A DNA stretch of 64,000 bases from Opitutales bacterium (GCA_021772565.1 JAJFLR010000096.1:5266-69265); one strand, 5' to 3'. Shown: positions 7,943-15,201, numbered from the stretch's first letter. A program made the numbers and translations. Notes: generated by a model from the letters alone, not told the origin.

Positions 7943-9415
7943 ATGTTTGAACAGACTTTTAAAAATATTGATGATACTCTCTGGAAAGACGCCGGGTGTA
8001 GTAGTGAATTAGATTACGTAGAACAGACCTCGTGGGTACTGTTTCTGAAATATTTAGACGACTTAGAAAAAGACAAAGCCACAGAAGCTGAACTGATCGG
8101 GAAAACCTACACCAATATTATTGCTCCCAAATTTCAATGGACAACGTGGGCAGCTCCTAAATTAGAAAATGGAAAAATTGATCACAACGCTTTAACCGGT
8201 GATGACCTTGTCGACTTTGTAAACGGTAAACTTTTCCCCTATTTGAAAAAATTCAAAACCGATGCGGAACATGCAAATACCATCGAATACAAAATTGGTG
8301 AGATATTCACTGAACTGAAAAACAGAATTCAAAGCGGTTATAACCTGCGTGAAGTGGTAAACAATATTGATGAACTTCGTTTCAGAACTCACAAGGAAAA
8401 ACACGAGATGAGCCATCTGTACGAAGCGAAAATTAAGAATATGGGCAATGCCGGGCGTAATGGTGGCGAATATTACACACCTCGACCGTTAATTAAAACC
8501 ATTGTAAAAGTGGTGGCTCCTAAAATTGGCAACAAAATTTATGACGGTGCAGCTGGTTCAGCAGGTTTCTTGTGTGAAGCTTTTGAGTATTTAAAGAATC
8601 CTTCGACAAGCTCTGGACAAGGCAAAGGATTATCTACTGCCGATTCTGAAAAGTTGCAGAAAAACACTTTCTACGGTAAAGAAAAAAAATCGTTAGCTTA
8701 TATTATTGGCATTATGAATATGATACTGCACGGCGTTGAAGCCCCAAATATCATCCATACCAATACACTTGCTGAAAACCTTGCAGACATACAGGAAAAA
8801 GACCGTTACGATATAATTTTGGCAAATCCTCCTTTTGGTGGAAAAGAACGTGCCGAAGTACAACAAAATTTTCCCATAAAAACAGGCGAAACCGCTTCTC
8901 TATTTTTACAGCATTTTATTAAAATATTAAAAGCTGGTGGAAAAGCAGGCGTAGTTATTAAAAATACTTTTTTAAGTAATACCGACAATGCCTCTATCGC
9001 TTTGCGCAAAGAATTACTAAGTAGCTGTAACTTACATACGGTTTTGGATTTACCGGGAGGAACGTTTACCGGCGCCGGAGTTAAAACGGTTGTGCTGTTT
9101 TTCAACAAAGGTGTTTCAACTAAAAATGTATGGTTTTATCAACTTAACCTGGACAGGAATTTGGGAAAAACTAACCCGCTCACCGAAAAAGATTTGGCTG
9201 AATTTGTGGCGTTGCAAAAAACAAAAGCTGAGAGTGAAAATTCATGGACAGTAAATATAGCTTCGATAGACTCAGTTACCTTTGATCTTTCTGCTAAAAA
9301 TCCGAATACGCCTGAAGAAGCACAGCTTCGTAAGCCGAAAGATATCTTGAAAGAAATGGCGAAGTTAGATAAAGAAAGTGCAGATATTTTAGCGACAATT
9401 AATGAGTTATTGTGA
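7943..9415 (+). CDS. hsdM: type I restriction-modification system, DNA methyltransferase subunit M
   Basis: 490 aa. HsdM-type N-terminal domain (LWKDAGCSSELDYVEQTSWVLFLKYLDD), AdoMet motif DGAAGSAGFL, catalytic motif NPPFGG. Confidence 0.95.
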   Translation: MFEQTFKNIDDTLWKDAGCSSELDYVEQTSWVLFLKYLDDLEKDKATEAELIGKTYTNIIAPKFQWTTWAAPKLENGKIDHNALTGDDLVDFVNGKLFPYLKKFKTDAEHANTIEYKIGEIFTELKNRIQSGYNLREVVNNIDELRFRTHKEKHEMSHLYEAKIKNMGNAGRNGGEYYTPRPLIKTIVKVVAPKIGNKIYDGAAGSAGFLCEAFEYLKNPSTSSGQGKGLSTADSEKLQKNTFYGKEKKSLAYIIGIMNMILHGVEAPNIIHTNTLAENLADIQEKDRYDIILANPPFGGKERAEVQQNFPIKTGETASLFLQHFIKILKAGGKAGVVIKNTFLSNTDNASIALRKELLSSCNLHTVLDLPGGTFTGAGVKTVVLFFNKGVSTKNVWFYQLNLDRNLGKTNPLTEKDLAEFVALQKTKAESENSWTVNIASIDSVTFDLSAKNPNTPEEAQLRKPKDILKEMAKLDKESADILATINELL

Positions 9416-9837
9416 GTGAGCAACAAGATATTAGATGGGTACAACGATTAGACAACTATAAGAAAGCGCTAAAAAGTTTACTCAGTGACATAGAATTGGC
9501 AACAGCAAGAGAACTTTCTGATATTGAAAAAAGAGGTTTAATTCAAGCATTTAAATACACCTATGAACTAGCCTGGAACACGATCAAGGATTTTTATCAA
9601 TCAATAGGAGATGCTGAAATACAAGGCAGTCGAGATGCTTTTAGAATGGCATTTAATAGAGGTCTGGTTTCTAATGATACTTTATTACAAGCCGTAAAAA
9701 GTCGTCAACTCACCAGTCATACCTACAATGAAGAGACGGCCGACAAAATCTATCATGATGTCGTCAATAGTTATTATGATGCGTTACAGGAGTTAGCAGA
9801 CAATTTACAATCACAAAAAGAAAAAAGAATTTCTTGA
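9412..9837 (+). CDS. HEPN-domain protein, HI0074-type nucleotidyltransferase substrate-binding family (putative RNase toxin)
   Basis: 141 aa. GLIQAFKYTYELAWNTIKDF and R-x4-H motif RQLTSHTY. The GTG start overlaps the hsdM stop (GTGA). Confidence 0.85.
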   Translation: MSEQQDIRWVQRLDNYKKALKSLLSDIELATARELSDIEKRGLIQAFKYTYELAWNTIKDFYQSIGDAEIQGSRDAFRMAFNRGLVSNDTLLQAVKSRQLTSHTYNEETADKIYHDVVNSYYDALQELADNLQSQKEKRIS

Positions 9838-9840
9838 CCG

Positions 9841-11376
9841 ATGTTTGGATTGGACCCTGATACTTTACGAAATATAAGAGGCGTTTTTACAAAACTACCT
9901 CAAATAGAAAAGGTGCTTTTATATGGCTCACGAGCCAAAGGAAATTACCGTAATGGATCAGATATAGATATCACGCTTTTTGGTAATGAGCTAAATCTTA
10001 AAAATAGTGTTTATCCTCTCATGGATGAATTGGATGAACTCTATCTACCGTATACATTCGATATCTCAATTTTTGAGTATATCGATAACGAAAAATTGAT
10101 TGAGCATATTAATAGAGTAGGTAAACTGTTTTATGAAAAAGAAAAGACACTGCCTGTTGGATGGGAAGTGAAAAAGTTAGGGGAAGTTTATGATGTACGA
10201 GACGGAACACACGACTCACCTAAATACATTAATAATGGGCATGCATTAATTACGTCTAAAAATTTAAAGAATGACATTTTAAATTATGACAAAATAAATT
10301 ATATCACTGAGGAAGATTATATGAAAATCAATAAGAGAAGTAAGGTTGATGTAGGTGATGTTTTATTCGCAATGATAGGCACCATTGGGAATCCAATTGT
10401 GATAAAAGTTGAACCAGATTTTGCAATAAAAAATGTGGCTCTTTTTAAAGTTCCAGAAACCCAAGACAGTTATTTTTTGAAATACTATCTTGATTCGGAA
10501 ATTGTTATTGATAAAATGACTAAAGATGCAAAAGGAGCAACACAAAAATTTGTTGGCTTAGGGTACCTAAGAAATTTCAACATCCCTCTTCCCCCACTCT
10601 CCGAGCAAAAACGTATAGTAGCCATTTTAGACAAAGCCTTTGCCGCCATAGCCAAAGCAAAAGCCAATGCCGAACAAAACCTGAAAAACGCCAAAGAACT
10701 TTTTCAATCAAAAATACAAAGCATTTTTGATAATGGAAAATTAAAAATTAAAAATGGTGAATGGGAAGAAAAGCCGTTATGTGTAGTTTGTGAGATAAAA
10801 CCACCAAAGAAAGAAGCAAGGAACAAGTTAAAAAAGTCTGATCTAGTTACTTTCTTACCAATGAAAGATTTGAAAGTATTAAATAAAGAAATCATTGGAG
10901 TTAAAGAAAAACAATTTAAAGATGTAGCTGGCAGCTACACATATTTTGCTAATAATGATGTGCTATTAGCAAAGATAACTCCTTGTTTTGAAAATGGTAA
11001 AATTGGAGTCGCTCGAAAACTGAAAAATGGTATTGGCTTTGGGTCAAGCGAATATGTTGTATTTAGAACTAATGATAGTATAGTTCCTGATTTTTTGTAT
11101 TTCTTTTTATCCAGAAAACAATTCAGAGATGAAGGATGTAAAAAAATGACTGGTGCTGTTGGTCATAAAAGAGTATCAATGGAATGGATTGAAAATTATC
11201 TTTTCTCATTCCCAAAATCTAAAGTGAAACAACAAACCATAGTCCAAAAACTCGACCTACTTTCAGCCAAAACCAAAAAACTAGAAGCAATCTATCAGCA
11301 AAAACTAGAAGATTTGGAAGAACTGAAAAAGAGTGTATTACAAAAAGCGTTTAACGGAGAATTGGCATTGAAGTGA
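9841..11376 (+). CDS. hsdS: fusion protein: minimal nucleotidyltransferase (MNT) domain + type I R-M specificity subunit S
   Basis: Residues 1-100 carry LLYGSRAKGNYRNGSDIDITLFG (GS...DxD NTase motif). From residue 103, LPVGWEVKKLGEV starts a two-TRD HsdS with conserved repeats LPPLSEQKRIVAILDKAF and QKLEDLEELKKSVLQKAF. There is no stop codon between the two parts. Confidence 0.85.
   Translation: MFGLDPDTLRNIRGVFTKLPQIEKVLLYGSRAKGNYRNGSDIDITLFGNELNLKNSVYPLMDELDELYLPYTFDISIFEYIDNEKLIEHINRVGKLFYEKEKTLPVGWEVKKLGEVYDVRDGTHDSPKYINNGHALITSKNLKNDILNYDKINYITEEDYMKINKRSKVDVGDVLFAMIGTIGNPIVIKVEPDFAIKNVALFKVPETQDSYFLKYYLDSEIVIDKMTKDAKGATQKFVGLGYLRNFNIPLPPLSEQKRIVAILDKAFAAIAKAKANAEQNLKNAKELFQSKIQSIFDNGKLKIKNGEWEEKPLCVVCEIKPPKKEARNKLKKSDLVTFLPMKDLKVLNKEIIGVKEKQFKDVAGSYTYFANNDVLLAKITPCFENGKIGVARKLKNGIGFGSSEYVVFRTNDSIVPDFLYFFLSRKQFRDEGCKKMTGAVGHKRVSMEWIENYLFSFPKSKVKQQTIVQKLDLLSAKTKKLEAIYQQKLEDLEELKKSVLQKAFNGELALK
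10732..10764. repeat. half copy (one arm) of the heptamer hairpin element inside hsdS
   Basis: aatggaaaattaaaaattaaaaatgg versus the H4 left arm aatggaaaattgaaagttgaaaatg (about 22/25). It is translated as NGKLKIKNG at the junction of the central conserved region and TRD2. Confidence 0.5.
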
Positions 11377-11466
11377 ATAGTAATACTCTTAAAGCTGGAA
11401 AAGTAATTATGGATGTGCAGAAACAAACGCAAATATCAATAAATATTAATTCAATAGGAGGAGGAT

Positions 11467-11790
11467 GTGAAAAACAAGCAAAGCAATAAGGCAAACAAAC
11501 TCGTTATATTCCAAAGCAAAAACATTCGCAGAATATGGCACGAAGAAGCGTGGTTTTATTCCGTTGTGGATATTATTGAAGTGCTTACCGACAGCCCTAC
11601 GCCAAGGCAATATTGGGGGAAAGTAAAAGACAGGGAATTTACAAAACTTCAGTTGTCCCCAATTTGGCTACAACTGAAATTGCCATCAAAAGACGGTAAA
11701 AAATACAACACCGATTGCGTCAATACCAAGAATGCTTTCCGCCTAATCCAATCCATCCCCTCCAAAAAAGCCGAATCACTGGTTAATTGA
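11467..11790 (+). CDS. Bro-N domain protein, apparently 3'-truncated
   Basis: GTG start preceded by aggagg. IRRIWHEEAWFYSVVDIIEVLTDSPTPRQYW...FRLIQSIPSKKAE looks like a Bro-N/antirepressor-type N-domain. The ORF ends in a TGA supplied by repeat H1. Confidence 0.6.
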   Translation: MKNKQSNKANKLVIFQSKNIRRIWHEEAWFYSVVDIIEVLTDSPTPRQYWGKVKDREFTKLQLSPIWLQLKLPSKDGKKYNTDCVNTKNAFRLIQSIPSKKAESLVN

Positions 11791-11885
11791 AAAATGAAAA
11801 TTGAAAGTTGAAAATGAGTAAATAAATGAAAATCAAACATTAAAATGACAAATAACTTTCAATTTTCAACTTTCAATTTTCAATT
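11785..11885. repeat. heptamer hairpin element H1
   Basis: Left arm gaaaattgaaagttgaaaat, loop of about 40 nt, right arm ctttcaattttcaactttcaattttcaatt (inverted). Confidence 0.8.
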
Positions 11886-12245
11886 ATGAAAGAGAATATA
11901 ATAATGAATAAATCGTATGCTTTTGCATTACGAATAACTAAATTGTATAAATATCTAATTTCAGAACAAAAAGAGCATGTACTTTCCAAGCAGGTTTTAA
12001 GAAGTGGAACCAGTATAGGTGCATTGGTAAAAGAAGCTGAACATGCCCAATCAAAAGCCGATTTTATCAACAAAATGAATATTGCACTAAAAGAAGCTAA
12101 CGAAACAGAATATTGGTTGATGCTACTAAAAGACAGTAAATATATTGATGAAAATAGTTTTAATTCCATTCATCCCGAAAGTGTTGAACTCATAAAACTA
12201 TTAGCCAGTATCGTTAAGTCATCAAAGGGAAAAATTGAAAATTGA
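11886..12245 (+). CDS. four-helix-bundle protein (23S rRNA intervening-sequence protein / Avd-like family)
   Basis: 119 aa (alternative start at 11904). ...SKQVLRSGTSIGALVKEAEHAQSKADFINKMNIALKEANETEYWLMLL matches the signature of this family. Its ATG abuts H1 and its stop lies inside H2. Confidence 0.8.
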   Translation: MKENIIMNKSYAFALRITKLYKYLISEQKEHVLSKQVLRSGTSIGALVKEAEHAQSKADFINKMNIALKEANETEYWLMLLKDSKYIDENSFNSIHPESVELIKLLASIVKSSKGKIEN

Positions 12246-12347
12246 AAATTGAAAGTTGAAAGTTGAAAATGAGTAAATAATTGGAAATTAAACATTAAAA
12301 TGACAAAGAACTTTCCATTATCCATTTTCAACTTTCAATTTTCAATT
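12231..12347. repeat. heptamer hairpin element H2
   Basis: aaaattgaaaattgaaaattgaaagttgaaagttgaaaatgag ... ccattttcaactttcaattttcaatt. The loop is similar to that of H1 (gagtaaata...aaacattaaaatgacaaa). Confidence 0.8.
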
Positions 12348-12391
12348 AAAGCAACGCGCCTAATGAACGAAGTCGAAACCAGATCAAGGTT
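12348..12391 (+). pseudogene. orphan duplicate of the hsdR leader and first ~11 codons
   Basis: aaagcaacgcgcctaATGAACGAAGTCGAAACCAGATCAAGGTTAATT (MNEVETRSRLI) versus the real start aaagcaaagcgtATGAATGAAGCAGAAACCAGAGCAGAACTAATA (MNEAETRAELI). Confidence 0.7.
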
Positions 12392-12471
12392 AATTGAAAG
12401 TTGAAAATTGAAAATCAGTAAACAATTAAAATGACAAATAACTTTCAATTTTCAATTTTCAATTTTCAATT
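12392..12471. repeat. heptamer hairpin element H3
   Basis: aattgaaagttgaaaattgaaaatcag ... aactttcaattttcaattttcaattttcaatt. Confidence 0.8.
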
Positions 12472-12483
12472 AAAGCAAAGCGT

Positions 12484-15120
12484 ATGAATGAAGCAGAAAC
12501 CAGAGCAGAACTAATAGACCCAAAGCTCAAACAATGTGGTTGGGGGGTGGTTGACGGTTCTAAAATTCTGCGTGAGCGCCATGTTTGTAAAATTACAGAG
12601 GGACGATTACAAGTCGGTGGTGGCAGAAAAAAACCACTGATTGCCGATTATATTCTGGTTTACAAAGGCGTTAAACTAGCCGTAGTTGAAGCTAAAAGCA
12701 ATGAGCTTGAAGTTGGCGAAGGGGTGGTGCAGGCAAAACGTTATGCTGAAAAACTTAATTTAGAAACCACATACTCTTCAAACGGAAAAGAGATTTACCA
12801 AATCTGTATGAAAACCGGGACAGAGGGTTTGGTTACCAATTTTCTTTCGCCGCAAGAACTTTGGGATAAAACCTACCCTGCGACAGGCTCAGGGCAGGTG
12901 CATATTAATGACTGGCGAGATAAATTTGCAGACATTCCTTTTGAAGATAAAAGCGGAACCTGGCAATTACGTTACTATCAGGAAATTGCCATAAAAAATA
13001 CACTCGAAGCAGTGGCACAAAATAAAGACAGAATTTTATTAACCCTCGCCACAGGAACAGGAAAAACGGCAATTGCTTTTCAAATAGCCTGGAAACTTTT
13101 TCAAAGCCGCTGGAACCTTTCGGTAATTGAAAATGGAAAATTGAAAGTTGAAAATGACGAGAACTATAATTTTCAATTTTCAACTTTCAATTCTCCATTT
13201 TCAAGAAGGCCACGAATATTGTTCCTTGCCGATCGCAATTTTTTGGCTGACCAGGCATTTAACGCATTTTCAGCATTTCCCGAAGATGCTTTGGTTCGTA
13301 TAAAACCAAAAGAGATTAAGAAGAAAGGAAAAGTGCCAACTAACGGCAGTATCTTTTTTACCATTTTTCAATCCTTTATGTCAGAATCAATTGATAATGG
13401 AGAGGGGACAATTGAAAATGGAAAATTGAAAATTGAGAATGGGAAATTGAGAATTGATAAGATTGAAGCTGAACCTTTAATGGTTGCAGAACAACGAGCT
13501 AATTATCCATTATCCATTGTCAATTCTCAATTATCCACCGTCAATTCTCAATTAAACTTCGGACAGTACCCAAAAGACTATTTTGATTTTATTATAATTG
13601 ACGAGTGCCACCGTGGCGGAGCGAATGATGAGGGAAACTGGAGAGGTATTTTAGAATATTTTTCACCAGCCGTTCAATTGGGTCTTACTGCGACACCCAA
13701 ACGTAACGACAATGTTGATACCTATAAATATTTTGGTGAACCTGTTTTTATCTATTCGCTCAAAGAAGGTATAAACGATGGATTCCTTACGCCATTCAAG
13801 GTAAAGCGAATTAAAACAACACTAGACGATTATTTATACACCAGTGATGACGATGTTTTTGAAGGCGAGATTGAAGAAGGGAAAATATACGAAGAACAGG
13901 ACTTTAATAAAAAAATTAAAATAAAAGAGCGAGAGGCAAAGCGAGTTCAGATTTATATGGATGAGGCTAATCAACACGAAAAAACTATTATTTTCTGTGC
14001 CACGCAAATGCACGCTGCCGCAGTTCGAGATTTAGTAAATCAGTACAAAAAAAATAACGACCCGAACTATTGTGTTCGTGTAACTGCAAACGATGGCGAA
14101 ATAGGCGAACAATTTTTACGGGAATTTCAAGATAATGAGAAAACAATTCCAACGGTATTGACCACATCCCAAAAACTATCAACAGGTGTTAATGCCCGAA
14201 ATATTCGCAACATTGTTTTAATGCGACCAATAAATTCAATGATAGAATTCAAACAGATTATTGGACGTGGTACGCGATTATTTGAAGGTAAAGAGTTTTT
14301 CACTATTTACGATTTTGTGGATGCGTATCATCATTTTCAAGATGATGCCTGGGATGGTGAAGCCCTGCCGTGTGAGGTTTGTGGCAAAATAGTATGCGAG
14401 TGTATTGGAACACCCTCCCCTGAACCAAGACCGTGTCAAAAGTGCGGTAAAATTCCTTGTGAGTGTTCAGTCAATCCACCGCCAGTTTGCCCTAAGTGCT
14501 TTCAGAGTCCCTGTGTTTGTGATCGTAAACAAATGATTAAGGTTAAACTGCGAGATGGCAAAGAGAGAGAAATACAACACATGATTGCGACATCCTTCTG
14601 GAGTGCTGACGGTAAACCAATATCTGCAGAAGAATTTTTAGGTAATCTATTTGGCGAACTTCCTAATTTCTTTAAAGATGAGGATGAATTAAGAACTTTA
14701 TGGAGCAGCCCCATAACACGTAAGACTTTGCTCGAAAAATTAGACGAAGCAGGTTTTGGAAAAGAGGAATTAAAGACTTTGCAAAAACTAATTGAGGCAG
14801 AGAAAAGCGATTTATTCGATGTATTGGAATATGTGTTTAACAGCGACGTAAAACCAATAACAAGAGAAGAACGAGTAACAAGAAGCAAAGCAACAATTTT
14901 TGCTCTGCTTAACGACAAGCAAAAAGAATTCATAGAATTCGTATTGAGTAAATATATTGAAACAGGTGTTGAGGAACTATCCCAGGAAAAATTACCCATC
15001 TTACTGACCAATAAATATCAATCATTGGAAGATGCCAAAGAAATATTGGGTGATGCAGCAAAAATCAAATCGCTGTTTATAGAATTTCAGCAACATTTGT
15101 ATCTACAAAAAACAGCGTAG
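12484..15120 (+). CDS. hsdR: type I restriction enzyme, endonuclease/translocase subunit R
   Basis: 878 aa. N-terminus MNEAETRAELIDPKLKQCGW. Helicase motifs LATGTGKT, ILFLADRN, IIIDECHRG, LGLTATP, QIIGRGTRL. Helical C-terminal domain. Contains two in-frame repeat insertions and a Cys-rich triplet. Confidence 0.9.
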   Translation: MNEAETRAELIDPKLKQCGWGVVDGSKILRERHVCKITEGRLQVGGGRKKPLIADYILVYKGVKLAVVEAKSNELEVGEGVVQAKRYAEKLNLETTYSSNGKEIYQICMKTGTEGLVTNFLSPQELWDKTYPATGSGQVHINDWRDKFADIPFEDKSGTWQLRYYQEIAIKNTLEAVAQNKDRILLTLATGTGKTAIAFQIAWKLFQSRWNLSVIENGKLKVENDENYNFQFSTFNSPFSRRPRILFLADRNFLADQAFNAFSAFPEDALVRIKPKEIKKKGKVPTNGSIFFTIFQSFMSESIDNGEGTIENGKLKIENGKLRIDKIEAEPLMVAEQRANYPLSIVNSQLSTVNSQLNFGQYPKDYFDFIIIDECHRGGANDEGNWRGILEYFSPAVQLGLTATPKRNDNVDTYKYFGEPVFIYSLKEGINDGFLTPFKVKRIKTTLDDYLYTSDDDVFEGEIEEGKIYEEQDFNKKIKIKEREAKRVQIYMDEANQHEKTIIFCATQMHAAAVRDLVNQYKKNNDPNYCVRVTANDGEIGEQFLREFQDNEKTIPTVLTTSQKLSTGVNARNIRNIVLMRPINSMIEFKQIIGRGTRLFEGKEFFTIYDFVDAYHHFQDDAWDGEALPCEVCGKIVCECIGTPSPEPRPCQKCGKIPCECSVNPPPVCPKCFQSPCVCDRKQMIKVKLRDGKEREIQHMIATSFWSADGKPISAEEFLGNLFGELPNFFKDEDELRTLWSSPITRKTLLEKLDEAGFGKEELKTLQKLIEAEKSDLFDVLEYVFNSDVKPITREERVTRSKATIFALLNDKQKEFIEFVLSKYIETGVEELSQEKLPILLTNKYQSLEDAKEILGDAAKIKSLFIEFQQHLYLQKTA
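13125..13204. repeat. heptamer hairpin element H4, in frame inside hsdR
   Basis: The arms match 28/29 as an inverted repeat around a 13-nt loop. Translated as IENGKLKVENDENYNFQFSTFNSPFS. Confidence 0.8.
13410..13553. repeat. heptamer hairpin element H5, in frame inside hsdR
   Basis: 144 nt. Arms aattgaaaatggaaaattgaaaattgagaat... and ...caattctcaattatccaccgtcaattctcaatt. Translated as IENGKLKIENGKLRID...LSIVNSQLSTVNSQL. Confidence 0.75.
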
Positions 15121-15201
15121 AATATAACCTGCAACAATGATTATAGCTACATCAATTCACGTTTGTAGCAGGACATTATTTCTTAGCTAAACATTATTAT
15201 T

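Noticed and set aside
11785-13553. The cluster of similar short repeats, considered as a possible CRISPR array
   Set aside because: The units are inverted (hairpin) copies built from 7-nt sub-repeats. They have variable length and no regular repeat-spacer periodicity. Two copies lie inside an intact coding frame. No cas genes are present.
14502-15011. 169-aa antisense ORF inside hsdR, and similar long shadow ORFs (17084-17476, 17495-17767, 35196-35540, 38203-38682, 40022-40417, 59222-59566, 61416-61736, 19372-19644, 8806-9444)
   Set aside because: All lie opposite to, or out of frame within, genes that have strong family signatures. Their low-complexity compositions mirror the sense strand.
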